Origin: Amoebidium appalachense
Taxonomy: Eukaryota; Protista; Ichthyosporea
Assembly (NCBI GenBank): GCA_963693365.1
Contig: CAVNZM010000001.1
Location: 5,224,907-5,288,906, forward strand
DNA length: 64,000 bases
Reading direction: 5' to 3'
Position 1 is the first letter of the stretch. Each line of letters starts with the position of its first letter. Shown here one piece after another: positions 1 to 30,447 of this stretch. The position numbers were made by a program, and so were the translations under genes. The notes beneath the pieces were generated by a model. That model was not told the origin of the DNA. It saw nothing but the letters and a program-made list of their open reading frames with translations, and searched no databases.

Positions 1-824
1 GCTGCCAGCTGCCTTGAACGGCAGACGGCGGCCACTTCCGATTTCCTTTTTGTCCTCGGACCTCGCACAGAGTCGAGTCTTTTCCAACTCGCAACCATGG
101 TAATAACCCCAGAGGACAAGCTGGAAATGTAGTTGGATTAGGTGCTTTTCGTTACGGCAGGGATGGAGGAGGCATCAGGGACGCGTATGAGGATGGATGG
201 AAGGTGGATGAGGGATGATACAAGGCGGATACACAGCTCGGGGGAGTCGGGCGACATAGGAACATCGCTCGGTGGGAAATTATAGATGGGGAAATTGATG
301 AGCATGTCATTTACATGTTGTGAGTCGGATCGCTGCAAAGGGCGATGCAACCATAGGTTTACGCGCAGAATATTTAGGTTATGGAAACTTATCTTAGCAG
401 CAACCGTAGCAGGCTATAGGTATTTCTTGCAGCTGGGTAGACTACAAGCACAGGCACTTGGGTCAACTGGACTTTTTTCGAACGGCCATTTATTGAATGG
501 GACTGCACAATACGACGGCACAGCATGGCGGTATGGTACAGAATGTACTACGGGAAAATTGGCAGTGACAGTGGTCCGGGGCAAACCTCACTCTCAGCTG
601 CATGTTCGCTGAGTTGGACAAGGATGACCCTGTGGGACTCATAACGTTACATGCACTCAACGGAACAGTGTTTATGGGGGAACAATTTCTGTCGACGAAA
701 CTGGGAGTCACTGAACTTCGGCACCAGCCCACGATTAATCCACAGAGCGTCTCGGGCTGCTCACGGTAGTTCTGCATTCGTATTTTGGTGTTTAGCTTTG
801 AGCGGCAGGCACGTCTTTTGAAAT

Positions 825-3466
825 ATGGTACAGACGTGCAGCGTAGCACACCAGGTCAAAACGGCAGCTCAGCACCGTGAAGGCAGGTGTGCAATGAGCG
901 ATTGTTGACTTTTTCCTGCTCTCTGCAGAGTGAGGGGACAGCAAGCTTGCGCACCAGGAAGTTCCTGACCAACCGCCTGCTTCAGCGCAAGCAGATGGTA
1001 CGTGTTCCCCCCCTTTCTCCTTTTTTTTACGTGAGGGGGTTGCAGCAGCACAGGTACAGCATTGATGGGATCTCAGGAACGTTGGATGCAGGTCAGCTGG
1101 ATGCGGCTGGCTGCTGTAAGGACGTTTTTTTCCGATACCACATCCGGTTTTAGCAAGCAGCACCATGGTGCAACCATCAAGCCAGCACCTCTCCTCCGCT
1201 CATTGGTTTCAGTGGCCTTTGCTTTTTGCAGCTTGTATAGGGTTATTGTTTCAACAATACGGCCAACACCTTTTCCTCATTTTGTTTCGGTGGAAAGTAT
1301 TTTCATTTTCGTACAAATACTACGCATTTGGAGAACGGTTCGGCTACTTCGTGAATATGCAGAGGGATGGCGACCGACATTCAGCAAAGACTCAAATGCA
1401 ATTACCTGAGTTGTGGTAGAGCTATTTATTACAGTTTATTGCACGTCCGTGAGCTAGTTTGTTGGAAATGAGATGCATGTTCAAGTGGAACATCGAGGGC
1501 TGTCTGCATCGCACTGTCAAGTGTGCAGTGCTCCCCAGAGCGTGTAGATGCAGTTTCTTTTGCTTTTAGTAGTGTGGGAGGGAGAAGTTATGAGTCATGT
1601 GGTGAAGGTTGTCAGGGCTCATGTTTGCACACGTGGGAAGGAAACGGGTGTGTGCCAGGGGTGTTGAAACGACTGATGAGGACTTGGGGCGCATGTAGGG
1701 AGGAGAGGGGACATGCATTGTGTGCATTGCATGTGATAGATATGGCAGCGCAGGATTTCTAAATGGGCGTTACATTAGTGTTCAGTTTGTTCGAATGGAA
1801 TGGTGGGGGTCGGTTGGTTGTGTTTGTGTTTTGTTGAAACAGAGAGCATTTGCACGAGAGAGGCGTGTGCTTGCGATGGCCAAGTCAGTGGGAGTAGGCA
1901 GTAAGTAGTTTTCGAAAGACTAGTTGTGTTCTGTCCTATGCATATGCCGGACCGGAGTTCCTTTTGTGGAGGATTTGCTGATGAAAATGCGGCTGTGAGT
2001 GTGGATGAATGGGAATGGGGTTTATTGGGAAAACGTATTGTATGGGGTTGTGTTCTGTGCAGGCTGTGGGTTTTGCGTGCGTTGGTTTTGAGAGAAGGGG
2101 GTGTTGGACTGTCTTTTGACTGGGGTCGTTAGTTTGGGGCAGAGGGTCCTAGTGGGATGTGCTGTGTTATGAGTGTTTCCCTTGCCCGTGTGCCTGTGAG
2201 TGCCGAACGTGCATGGGTGGGGGGGATGTGAGATGTTCTGGCTCTCTCTAGCCGATGGTAGCAAACTTGTTCCACATTCCCATGTGCAACGACTAAGTGG
2301 TACGTGGCATGGTGTAGGTGGTGGATGTGATCCACCCAGGACGCGCCAACGTGCCCAAGAAGGAGGTCAACGAGAAGTTGGCCAAGCTGTTCAAGGCCGA
2401 ACAGAATGTCGTCATCACCTTCGGCTTCCGCACAGCCTTTGGTGGCGGCAAGAGCACTGGCTTTGCCCTCGTCTACGACTCGCTCGAGGCTCTGAAGAAG
2501 TTCGAGCCCAAGTACAGGATGGTTCGGGTACGTGGCCCCAACGGGAATGTTGGTAGTGTGTATGCTGCGTGCGGTTCTGTGATTTCCTGCCACGCCTTGC
2601 ATGGGTGCTGTGGTTTAAAAATCTTGCATGGGCATTGTCCTTGTTGTTGCGGTGTCTGGATTGGGGTGCACGGCGTTTGTGCGTGTGGAATGAGAAGGCA
2701 AACACTGCAGCCCCGTCCATGCTTGGCAACAATCGCCTGCATGTTGCACAACCGTGTTCTGCATTGCACAACCGTGTGTGTATGTGGCATTTACACACAC
2801 CGTCTTGCACCAACTGGCACGAATGCACAAACGGTGGGTGAATCAGCCGTTTCTGCAGAAGCAAGCAGGGTGTGAGCTTGGCATGTGTGTGTTGTGGGGG
2901 GGGGGGGGGTATTGAAGTTGCACTGTGCTTATGGACTCACAAGCGCGCGCATCAATGGACTTCTGGTGCATGCGCCTGCAACACTGAGTACGAGTACACA
3001 ATTGAGGCGGTGGTCTTCTGTGGGGGGAGGGTATAGATCATTGAATCATCATGCAAATGTGCTTGGGGCTGCCTGCAGGGAGGGGGGAGCTACTGACATA
3101 GGAGTTGTTGCACGCGCTGTGGATTGTGTGTGCAGCGATGTGCAATAGAAGCACGCTGAATGTTTTGTGTGCCCTTGGTCTGCCGGGGGGGGGGGGGGGG
3201 GGGGGCTGACTGGCATGTACACATGTTATGATTTGTGGCTGTGTGCCATTGCGCCGGTGAGCATGTCGAATCCAGTTCGTGGTGTATGGTGTTGTTAATG
3301 TCTGCTGTTTCTGCGTGGGGCCTTTTCTTACGTGGCGTCTGTGCTCACACAGGCTGGTCTCCTGGAGAAGAAGCCTACGTCGCGCAAGCAGCGTAAGGAT
3401 CGCAAGAACAGGCAGAAGAAGGTGCGCGGTACCAAGAAGGCCAAGATTGGTGCTGGCAAGAAATAA
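825..3466 (+). CDS. RPS24: 40S ribosomal protein S24 (eS24), 131 aa, 4 exons
   Basis: Exons 825-827 (ATG only), 929-997, 2318-2527 and 3353-3466, all GT-AG and in phase. Translation [41 protein letters not shown]...[21 protein letters not shown]...[48 protein letters not shown] matches eS24. Confidence 0.97.
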
Positions 3467-3958
3467 ACGCACGTACATGTACGTGTGTGTGCCTGAAAAA
3501 TCACGTGCCCGTGTCCTTGCATGTGCAAATAAATCAGACCAGGGGGGGAGGGGGTGGCGGACCTTTGGGCCACCCAACCCGGCCCGTGGCTGGACCCTCG
3601 GTGTCTATTTTCAGGTTGGTGATGCTATTTCGGGTGTCAGGCCTGTCTGATGGGAGACAGTCTTGCGGTGTGCGCGTTTGGGGGAGGGAGGGGGGGGGGG
3701 GGGGATAGCTCGATTACACCGTTCTATGCTTAATTAAGGGTGGATTGTTGCATTGCACACTGTTCCCCGTTCCCTTTCCTCCTCCCTATCCCCACCCACC
3801 GGCTGCCTGCTCTGAATACTAATTTGGGTTCCATACGGTAACTATATCATACACTTGAACTTGTACAAATCCCGCCATTTGAGCAGCTCCCACCCACACA
3901 CACAACACCACAAACAGCAAAAACAAATACTTGGAACACACACTGCACGTTTCTGCTT

Positions 3959-5623
3959 CTACTCCTCCTTAGCCGCCTTCTCGTCGATGCGTGCCTTCTT
4001 GCTGGAGGGGGGACCCTGTGCATCTGCCGTCTTGCCCCCAGTCACCTTGCCACAAGCTGCCATCACGGCTTGCATCTTGGCCTCACACGTGTTCTCCTTG
4101 TCCGTGCGCGTGTCGATCACCAGGCTCTGATGTTGGGCCAATCAGATGTTTGTTAGCGAGTATAACACCTGGCTTAATTGTGCTGTGGCGCAATATTCCT
4201 ACTTTTTTAATTGTTTTAATTTAGGTAAAAAAGCACTAAGCTCTTTGATACATGAATTCGTGTGGTCTCGAGACTCTCAGTTGTTGGGTTTCATGTTGAG
4301 TCCCAGCAGACGATATTATGATGTCCTTTTCGAAGGACTACCCTTGTGTCAAAGTATTGCCTGATCTGGGTTATGCACATTGTTGGCGTGGATAACTGCA
4401 AGGACTCCTTTTTTGATGAAAATAGGATGTCATGTTTAGGCTACTTTTAGACTAACTTGATTAGGGATTCCGGGTGTATATACACACAAAACACAAACAA
4501 ACGTTGCCTATTTTGCACGTGCACATCCACCACACGTACCGAGCGAATGCGTGGGGCGCCCATCTTGTGCACGGCTTGGTGGCACTCCTCGATCAGTGGA
4601 CGAAGCTGTTCGTACATGTATGATCATGTGTGTGTGTTGCGGTACGTGTTTTGTTCAGGTTGGTGTTATGTGTGTGCCGGTGTACGCGTGGCTAATTCAG
4701 AACACCAGTTCGTGTGCTTGCATTGAATTGTGTGTTGGTGTGTTCGGGTAAGCGGTTAGCTATATGGATCACAACCAAAGCATCCGCCAAGCCCTTGGAT
4801 TCGAGCTCACGTACACGGGTATGTGTGTGTGTGTACATGAAACGTGCACGTGCATGTTCGATGAGTGCAATTTGTGTGGGTGTGGGTGTGTGTGTGTGTG
4901 TGTGTTGGGTGGGTGGGTGGGTTTTGGGGGGGGGGGGAGGGGGGGGGTATTCCAATTTGAAATTTAATCCCCTTAATCTTGTGTCACCGTGATGCACTGT
5001 CAGCGTGTTTCAGGGGTCACGTTTAGAAACGGATTTGGTTTGGCAGAGATTTACTAAAGGGGACTCTGTGAAACCAACCAGCTAAGCCAATCATTCAGAG
5101 TGTCCAATTACCTCGTCCCACTCGCCCTCGATGTCCACGGCCTGTGAGTGCACGATGTACTTGATCTTGTGCCGGTCGAGAATCTTCTGCACCTCCGCTG
5201 CCTGCTGCCCCATGCTGCCCCCCTCCAGCCCCATGGGCGTCATCTGTGTGCCGGGTGTGGGGGTGACGGTGTGAATGATAATACGCGTGTGTAGCGCATG
5301 TGCATGCCCAATGTGGGCGGTAGCCGTGTACGCGCAGTGTACACACATTGCATATGCACATGCGGAGAATGAACACTCAGACGGGTGAATCTGTGCGTGT
5401 GTGTGCATTCGTGTTTGTGTGCCAGTAGACTGTGCCTGTGTAACCTTCGTGCATCTCCTTGCATGTGTGCGCATGCCTGCGTGCATGTCCCGGGCAGCGC
5501 ATTAGAGTAAAGGTCGTACGGTGTTTAGGTATGGATGTCGGTGCAATGTGACGAGATGCGGCGGACGCCCAGTGTGGCCACTGTCACGTGATGTATACTT
5601 GCTAGAGGGGCCGGAGGGGCGGG

Positions 5624-5661
<38 letters not shown>

Positions 5662-6645
5662 GGGGGGGGGGGGGGGGAGAGAGAGAAGGGGCGGGAGAAG
5701 AAAGAAGAAAAGAAAAGAAGAGGTGAAAGAGAGAGGAATCCTGAGCTCGAGAGCAAAATTAGAAAGACCCCCCCTCCCCCCCCCCCCCAAAAAAAAAAAA
5801 AAAAAAAAAACCTACAAAAACGCCTCCCACACATCAACGAACATACACACACATAAGCCACCCACACACGCACACCGAGCATGCGCAGACACATTTGCGC
5901 GCACATGCGCACATGTACACACACCTGCACGTGCACACGTGCCATGAGCAGCCATCCCATGCAACCCCCTCCACTATGATATCATAATCTCTCTTTCTCT
6001 CTCTCTCCCCCCCCCCCCCCCCTCCCCCCCTTCTTCCCTTTCTCCCTCCCCCTCTTCCCCACCCCCCTTTAATGTTCCCGGCCCTTTTGCTCTCTCTCGG
6101 CTCTCTCCCACACACACACACTCCGTCTCTCTGCCCTCCCTCCCTCCCTCAGAGTTCCCTCCCTCTCTCCCTCCCTACTTCTTTATCTCCCTCTCCCCTC
6201 TCCCCTCCCTCCCTCTCTTCCCCCCCTCCCCCCTCCCCCCTCCCCTTCTCCCTCTCCCTCCCTCCCTCTCTCTCTCTCCCCCCTCCGCTCTCTCTCTCAA
6301 ATTCTCTCTCTTCTCCCTCCATCCCTCCCTTTCTCTCTACCTCCCTCCCTCCCTGTCAGTTTCACAACACCTGTCCACTTGTTTTTACATATCATATCTA
6401 ATGCAGTCGCCGTGACATACACATCGGCATTCCAGATTGTCCTTGGTGGGTAAATTTCAAGTTCTTGTTCCAAAGTGAATGTACTCCAGGTCAGGGGAAG
6501 AGGTCTTCGGGGAACCCAAAAGTAAAGGTATTAATCAAAAACAATCAAACCCTCCCCCCCCTCCCCCCCCCTCCCCCCCTCCCCCCCCCCCCCCCCCCAC
6601 ACACACACACCGTCACGCACACATGCACAAATAAAAATACACGCA

Positions 6646-6676
<31 letters not shown>

Positions 6677-6824
6677 CACACACGCACACAAACAACCACA
6701 CCCACCCATCCACCCACACACACACACTGTACCCACCCACCCACCCACCCACCCACCCACACGCACGCACACACGCATACACGCACGCACGCACACCGTG
6801 GCACACATACTTACACTCATACAC

Positions 6825-6858
<34 letters not shown>

Positions 6859-6907
6859 AAAAAGGAAAAAGAAAAAAGGGGTGGGGGGTGGGTGTGTGGG
6901 GTGGGGT

Positions 6908-6965
<58 letters not shown>

Positions 6966-6982
6966 GGTGTTTTCCGTTTTTT

Positions 6983-7013
<31 letters not shown>

Positions 7014-7045
7014 GGATATACCGAGAAACAGATCATGACCCTCAT
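3959..7045 (-). CDS. UPF0045 / thiamine-binding protein family (MTH1187/ECM15-like), paralog A, 129 aa, 4 exons
   Basis: Exons 7045-7022, 5243-5112, 4605-4540 and 4126-3959 (GT-AG, phase 0). Translation [95 protein letters not shown]... contains the family motifs PxG, IEGEWDE, HxxVHxMGxxRI and TRTDK. Confidence 0.9.
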
Positions 7046-7840
7046 ACTGCCGTGCAAGCTTCAGAACAAGGGGAATTCCAACGGGCAGTAGTTTGCCAAA
7101 CACTAAGTTAAAGCTACCGTTTTTGTACGGAAGACAACAGTTAAAAAAAAAAAGGAAAGTGCATGCGAAATGTATGTGAACTTATGTGAGCCCCAAGGTG
7201 ATGAGCGTCTAAAAAGGCCAACACAACCGAACCTCAGAAACCTGTGACATGTGCACCTCTATCGTTTTTTTGCCAGGATTTTTTTGCCCAAGTAATCCAA
7301 TTGTTGGGTGTCACCGATCACCGAGTAGCCTGACAAACAAGTCATGTATCCTATCGTGTTCAAGAGTGATAATGAGGGTGAAAGCGACGAGCGGAAAAAT
7401 TTCCGGCTCTGTCAGCTGTAACAACCACCACTTTTATTGTTTTTATCACACACTGACCGTTCTTGCCAACTTTAGCGGCGAGAAATAAGAAAAACCTTAG
7501 GGCTCCAAAACAATTAATAGGCAGCCATATTGCCGGTCAAGTAGGTGCAGGGTAGGTATCGTTGGGCCGTTGAATCCCGGCAGCTTTGACAGTGCTTTTT
7601 CCCCCTCTTTATCTCGTGTCAAAAGTTCCCAACATACAGCTCCTTAATCCAACTGCACAGTACACGTTATGCTTACAGCCTCTTCTGTTCCTCATTGTGT
7701 TGAGTCCCCGGTTAGACAAAACCGGATACGTAGAATCCTGCATTAGTTTACAGACATTATGTGTACGTGGAGTCTCGTTTACCCTTAGCTATAGACTCTC
7801 ACGTTTTCGTTTTTTCGTATCTCGTACTTCCACTGTCAAC

Positions 7841-9973
<2,133 letters not shown>

Positions 9974-10928
9974 TCGGGCGATAATCGTAGCATATCATTG
10001 GTTGCTGGTTTTATTTTTCTTAACGATGTCATATGCGAGCTTATAAAGGTGGTGGTATATTCGACTGTAGCCTCATGACATGCCATTGAATTTGCGTTGC
10101 ATACTGTAGTCATACGTACAAGGATACATACATATGTATTCCATGTGGTGAATACACTATGGGGGTTTCTATAGTATTTGCAGAATTAGTTTCTGGAGTA
10201 AATTTCAAAACATCACAACGAACTAAGACCCTGGGATATTTGCGAGTAAAATCTCCCCACTTTACTATTGTCCTATGGCACATATGAACCAAGGGCCCAG
10301 TTAATATTAGTGGTGCAGCTGTTATCGTGGCTTACAGACTGTGCCCCGCATGCATAAAATCTGCCCTAAGGCTTGCCTGCTATAATACTATGTGTGTGTG
10401 TCACAGTGCCCGTTTTTGCCCCTGAGAATGCCAAGGTTATTTCGCACATGTGAACTCCGCACTTCAAACACACCCAACCAAGGTGTTTCTCGCCGTGTTT
10501 TGAAGGCCTGATTGCAGGGCCCTTGGTTCATATGTGCCATAGGACAATAGTAAAGTGGGGAGAGGAGGTGGGGGGTTGGGGGTGAGGGTGGGGATGGGGG
10601 TGGGTGGGTGGGGGGCCCTGGTTTTTTGGGGGGGGGGGGAGGGGGGGGGGGGGGAATTGTGGCAATTCATAAAGGCTTGCCCCGTTTTAAAAGGAGAAGG
10701 GGATTAGGTCTTGCGCGAGGTGGGAAGAAGAATATACAAGGGTGCATACCGATTTATTCTGACTTTGACTTTGTGCGTATAAACGCTTGTACATGTCCGG
10801 CTGCAGGAGTGTTTGTGTATGCATATACGTGTGTGGCACTGCGGCTCATGGGCGCACGGTGGTTTTTTTTTTTTGTTTTTTTTTTGGGGGGGGGGGAGGG
10901 GGAGGGGGTGGAGCGGGGTAGGCATTTC

Positions 10929-11107
<179 letters not shown>

Positions 11108-11944
11108 GTGAGTGTGTGTGTGTGTGTGTAGGGGGGGAGGGGGAGGGGCGGACCCAATGCAGCAAAGAATGTTAAGCTATTTTCTTTTTATTTATTTTTT
11201 TTTTGGGGGGGGGGGGAGGAGAGAGAGGGGAGAGACGGGGGAGGGGGGGGGGGGGGGATAAGAGTCCAAGACTGGACCAGTTTATCTGGCGTTTATTTTG
11301 TTCGGTTGTTAGCTAAACTAAGGTTACAAAGTTTCCATATAAATATCGTGCGGTTAGTGCTACATTATATTGGCAGAGTTCAAAATGATATCTTGAGCGC
11401 GCTTCAACTCGTAACCGAGCTTGTGATAGTAGCGTTGGCTATTTATTCTCATTATTTTCCGCTAGTAGATTTTTTTGTATTTTCACATTAACTGATGTCG
11501 CACTAAGCTAAGTACAGAGCGACAAAGAAACACATCATTATAAAAAGATTTTAGTTATTAAGTATTCGACCTATTGCAGGCTCGTAACGAGAATAATAAA
11601 ACATTCACTGCATCCATTATCTCTCTTTTGAATTGTAGGTCTTGCAAGATAATTTATAGCTGCTATGCTACATTCTAGGCAGTTTCATTTGCAGGCTATC
11701 TTTACACGCTGATTCTGATGTTCTCCTCATACGTGCATTGAATCTACAAGAATACATTGAAAAGAGAGAGGGTTTCATTTAAACATGTGAAGAGAGGCTG
11801 TAAAAATAATTAAGCTAAATACGAAGATGGATTGCATCTAAAAAACCATAAACCGAAAAAAAAAAATACAATTTACACAAAAACCATAAAGAAAGGAACA
11901 AAAAATGGTCATACAAGAGCAGATATTGGCAGTATAAACATATT

Positions 11945-14014
<2,070 letters not shown>

Positions 14015-15856
14015 TTTGGGTTCTTGTCGGTGACGAATCTCACGGCTCACGTATTGCATGCAAGAATTATCCAGCAGGTGTACGTTGCACCAGACTATTC
14101 TTTCTCGAGTAGGTGAAGTCGATGTCTTGTCTTGTTGTGGTGATGGGTAAAAATAGCAGGACCTTGGATCTTTGGGCTGTTTGAAGATCTATATACCGCG
14201 GGGACCGTCATGCACAGGAGTACCACAAGATCTTGTAGAGTCTTCAGGTTCGCTACCGACTAAACTCACAGAGGATACAGTAGGATACAAACAGCCATGC
14301 AATTGTGCCCCCTTTATACAAGAAGCGCTATATCTTAGTGAAATAGGGACGCCAGGAGGCACTTCTGAACATGTTCTAGGGCTCTTACACGTTAAATGAA
14401 TCATTATGCGTGGGAAGATGGACAGAAAAATTTGTAACCTATTGCTTGGATACACAAAACATAGCCCAGTGTCTTCTCTGAGTCGTCTGTCGTGGCGGTG
14501 GCGCGGCATCAATCACCCTAGAGATTTTATTCGGAATACATATTTCGAATAATTTACCATTCAGAAATATCTCGGGTGCTGTTTTGAGTTTTCAAGATTG
14601 AACAGTGGCTGGTTGCTTATAAGGAGGGGACTTGGGGAATACAGATTTTAGTAAGTAGCCGTTGCTTTGTATACATAAATTCAATGCTATTATCTGTTGG
14701 ATACGCTATGTTGCGCTGCGCAGAGGAAGGTGTCAACAGCCAGAAAAACGAGATCCTTTAGCTCATGATCACGACCTATAGACGTCCGAACATTCATAAT
14801 TCAATGATAATCCAGGAAAATGACACGTAATTTCATGTTGTGTATACCTATTCTTTTTCACTTCCCATAAGTTACGTAATCATACTAAAATGGAGATGTC
14901 TGATTGGCTTAAATTCGGGGTTTTCCGAATATCTCGTAAAATCCCGACATCGTCGGTCATGAAGTACTGCATCAATAGTACCATAGTTTTGTGGATATGC
15001 ATAATAAGGCCTCTTCCAAGCATTATACGATAAAATATTTATTAGTGTTGTCTTAGTGCGCAATGAGGCCGTTTTTCCGGTAAAAGGAAGCAAGCCCAGC
15101 TTGGAATCAATTGGATAACCCTTGGATTGGGCTATGTAATTATACTATCAGAAAAATCTATGCTTCACTGGCTGTTCAATACAGTTCTATTTGGGACAAA
15201 ATATACCAATGACTTGCAGCGAATTAAAGAGCGTAACGAATAAAAATTAAAAACGCGCTTGACTCGTGAGTGTGGGCGTGATTCAGTCCTTACTGTACTA
15301 ACACTCACATAATGGATGAATACTACGAGATTATACTTAAATAAATCAAAGATAGTGGAGTTGCTAAACATGCTTAATCAGCATTGGTTACCGTTTTCAT
15401 ACGCATGATCATCGGACCGGCGCGGATGAGTGTCAATGTGTCATGTCAGTGATGTATGCGGGCCTTGTGATCACCCCAGTCTGCGGCAGCTCGGGCGTTT
15501 GCAGAGAAGACGAGAAAAAAAACAATACATGAATGCAACAGCATAATTGTAAATGAGAAGAAAATAGGTCTTAATCTTAGAGTTTGTGTTCTAGCTCGGT
15601 CCGTATTTTGGTGGTGGCGGTTGCGGCAGTGTGCAGTGTGCACCTGCCTTGGAATGTGCATACCCATTTGTAATTGGTCAGAGTGTGAGCCGTGGCGGGG
15701 AGGAGTGTAAAAAAACACACACCACTCAGTTCGGTTTCAATGAGATCCGGAGCTCTATCGATCGGAGCTAGAGAAGCCTTGGCGAGGGAGGGAGGAAAAC
15801 TTTGAGACAAACGCAGTTTTTTCATAGTTGCTGGCCCTTTTCGCGAAGCTGTTAAA

Positions 15857-27512
<11,656 letters not shown>

Positions 27513-27734
27513 TTTTATTGGCAGGATATGACTGGTTGCCTGGGTGTGTGTACTGTGTGCACAGGTCTGCAGTTGCATTAGACCCCTGAACCGTTAGTTT
27601 GATTTTACTACGTTGTATTTTTGGTTGTTGAGGACATTGTTTCCCCCCTCTTTTCATCATGCCAAGGGTCAAACAGATGTGGTCGGGTCTGCCAATTGAG
27701 ATTCATATGGGAGGTTTCCCCCTTCCCTTCCTCC

Positions 27735-27789
<55 letters not shown>

Positions 27790-28224
27790 TCAAATCAATG
27801 ACTTTGGGCCGGCGGTTTTTTTTAAGGGTTTGTAACGAATACTTGTGAAGTACTCCAAAGAACGTTTTATACGCCATGTTGGCAAAGTACGAGGCTGAAT
27901 AAACACTGCGCAGGCATGCATATTTGATCTACTGGTCGTGGCTGGGGTCGTGCGCCATCCCGATCATCATGATATGGCATATCCATATGCATGTTTAAGG
28001 TCATATATCTATTTTATATGCGTAGAGTTATGCCATTTGCCTGTGTTTGTATATACATATATGCATATGTAGGGATTTGCACTTTGGGATACGGACAATC
28101 CGCCCACAGTCACGTTGCGCTTTCCAACAATCAGTCGGGCAGGTGGGTGCATATTCTGAACGTGGATATACATGTCAACAAAAGGCAAGAGCAGGGTGGA
28201 GGGGGGGGGAAAGAGGGGAAGTGT

Positions 28225-28255
<31 letters not shown>

Positions 28256-28775
28256 GGGGGGGGGCACGGGAGATTTTTTTTTTTTTTTTTCCCCGGGGGG
28301 AGGGGGGGGGGGGGAGGTGAGATAGCTTATTAGAGTGCAAACATAAAACAATGAATTGGCTCTCTATAAATTAGTGTCATACCGTACCCGGTATGTCAGA
28401 CAGCACCACCATTAACTCTAATAAATCATCCATCGTACCTTGGTGCTAGCGCTATTTTGCGTCATTTTACTACGAAGTAATGCCATTGGTCTTGATCTTC
28501 AATCTTGTGTACACGCTCGTGCTGTCACCCCATCAAACAGGCACCTGAATCAATCGCTTTGCAACTATCACAGGCACAGCTACGTTAGGACGTTTTAACC
28601 TGCACCATGGCCAGAACCTCACTATGTGCTTTGATGCGCACGACACCTGGTGTGCCCCCCCCCCCCCCCCCCCCCCCACACCCCCTTCCCCGCCCATCCT
28701 TTCCTCTCTTACATCCAGCCAACCAGGTTCCCGTGACATATTCTCCCTTTATACCTCTCGACACAAACGCACAGA

Positions 28776-28879
<104 letters not shown>

Positions 28880-29010
28880 ACCGCCAGAATACCTTCAAAA
28901 CCACACTCCAGCCTGCGATAATTTCCTCTTTCAAGCAAAACACCAATGCAAGAGAAGGATCAGGAAAAAAAGGGAAGAAGAAGGGAAAGTAACCGGTAGA
29001 CACGTGGCAA

Positions 29011-29618
29011 TCACTCCGGCTCATCCACGATGTAGTCCAGGGCAAACACTACCAGGGCCACCAGCGCCTTGTCCACATTTGGTGCAACATGACGTCCACA
29101 CAGTCTGTATTCTCCCTGTCCACCAAACCGTGTGTTGTATCATTCATATCCATAATCTTGTATTTCTTTTCCCGTATATCCCCGACAATCTTGAGGTCCG
29201 GAAGCTGCGTCATCTCATCGAATTCGATTTGCGGTGCCGGGTTTTTGACGAAAAACACCACCGCTATGCACTCTCCGTGTACTGGCAAAGACCTCTGCAC
29301 CACAACACGCACCTTCCCGGTTCGATCGTAAAGAAAAACCTTACACTTTTTCGTGAAAAACTTTCTTCGCAAACTCGCCACATGCTCGTTCGATGCATCA
29401 TACATATCTGAGTGATCATGTAGGCTCATTACTTTGCCCTTAAGCTCAAACGCTTTGGCATTGTTTTCATTTGCATCAACAAAAGTGGCTGACTCCCCAC
29501 CAACCTTGCTCTTTGCGTAGTTTTGCATCTTCAGCAAACCCTGTTGTCCCACCGGTTGAGTCTCACCAAAAAGCCCAAATGGGCGGAGGGGCCCCCGCAG
29601 TTTAGGTGCCGTGCTCAT
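29011..29618 (-). CDS. LURP-one-related / Tubby_C_2 (scramblase-like fold) protein, ~202 aa; single-base deletion near 29090 as assembled
   Basis: ORF 29618-29049 has the LOR-type segments FELKGKVMSLHDHSDMYDASNEHVASLRRK and LKIVGDIREKKYKI. The typical C-terminal helix HVAPNVDKALVALVVFALDYIVDEPE* lies in the adjacent frame and ends at 29011. Confidence 0.75.
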
Positions 29619-29648
29619 TTTTGATTTCTGCGCTCTCAGGATGATGCT

Positions 29649-29704
<56 letters not shown>

Positions 29705-29717
29705 TGTATGTGTGTGC

Positions 29718-29782
<65 letters not shown>

Positions 29783-30280
29783 TCTCCGTGCCTGTGTTAT
29801 GTTACAGGGGTAGAGCTGAGGCGGAAAGACTGTGGGCATCTGAAGTGGGCTGAAGATGAAATGTGGCCGATTTTGGGAACTAACGCAAGGGGACAGAAGT
29901 GTGTGTGTGTGTGTGTGTGTGTGTTTTGGGGGGAGGGTGGGGGGGATGGGGAAGCAGGAGGAGGAATAACAATCAATCGACGGAGAAAGGGGGCGAGCCC
30001 AGTGATCAACGTGATCGATGTTGTTGACGAAAAAGTCACACTTGCAAGTCCGGCCTGTGCACGGTGACACATGTGTAGCCAGCCCCTGCCCGGGCAGGCC
30101 GCAAATCAAAGTTTTTTCGCCTCAGTCCTAAGCGGTTCAGAGTATGATTACAATCCAACCGATAGATTACATTAGTTTTTTCTTAGTCCGCAAAATTTAA
30201 CATATATGTATAATTGGTTTAGCTGCGGAAGATAAAACCACCGATGTTACCAGACAACGCTTACGCAATCATCCCGGGGC

Positions 30281-30447
30281 CGACCCAGATCACGGCCCTC
30301 TGAACACAAAGATGTCGACTGGTCAGTGGCCAGGCTTCATCATCGGAAAAGAAAAGGCCCTCCACGACCCAGATCACGGCCCTCTGAACACAAAGATGTC
30401 GACTGGTCAGTGGCCAGGCTTCATCATCGGAAAAGAAAAGGCCCTCC
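30281..30447. repeat. Exact tandem duplication with 84-bp period (2 copies)
   Basis: cgacccagatcacggccctctgaacacaaagatgtcgactggtcagtggccaggcttcatcatcggaaaagaaaaggccctcc occurs at 30281 and 30365. Confidence 0.95.

Noticed and set aside
1-120. Possible minus-strand exon running off the window edge (ctaat branch-like site and ttccag acceptor at ~121-140)
   Set aside because: All three frames are open but none is recognisable, and it is too short to call.
998-2317. Intronic snoRNA in RPS24 intron 2
   Set aside because: No convincing C/D box pair with a terminal stem, and no H/ACA structure seen by eye.
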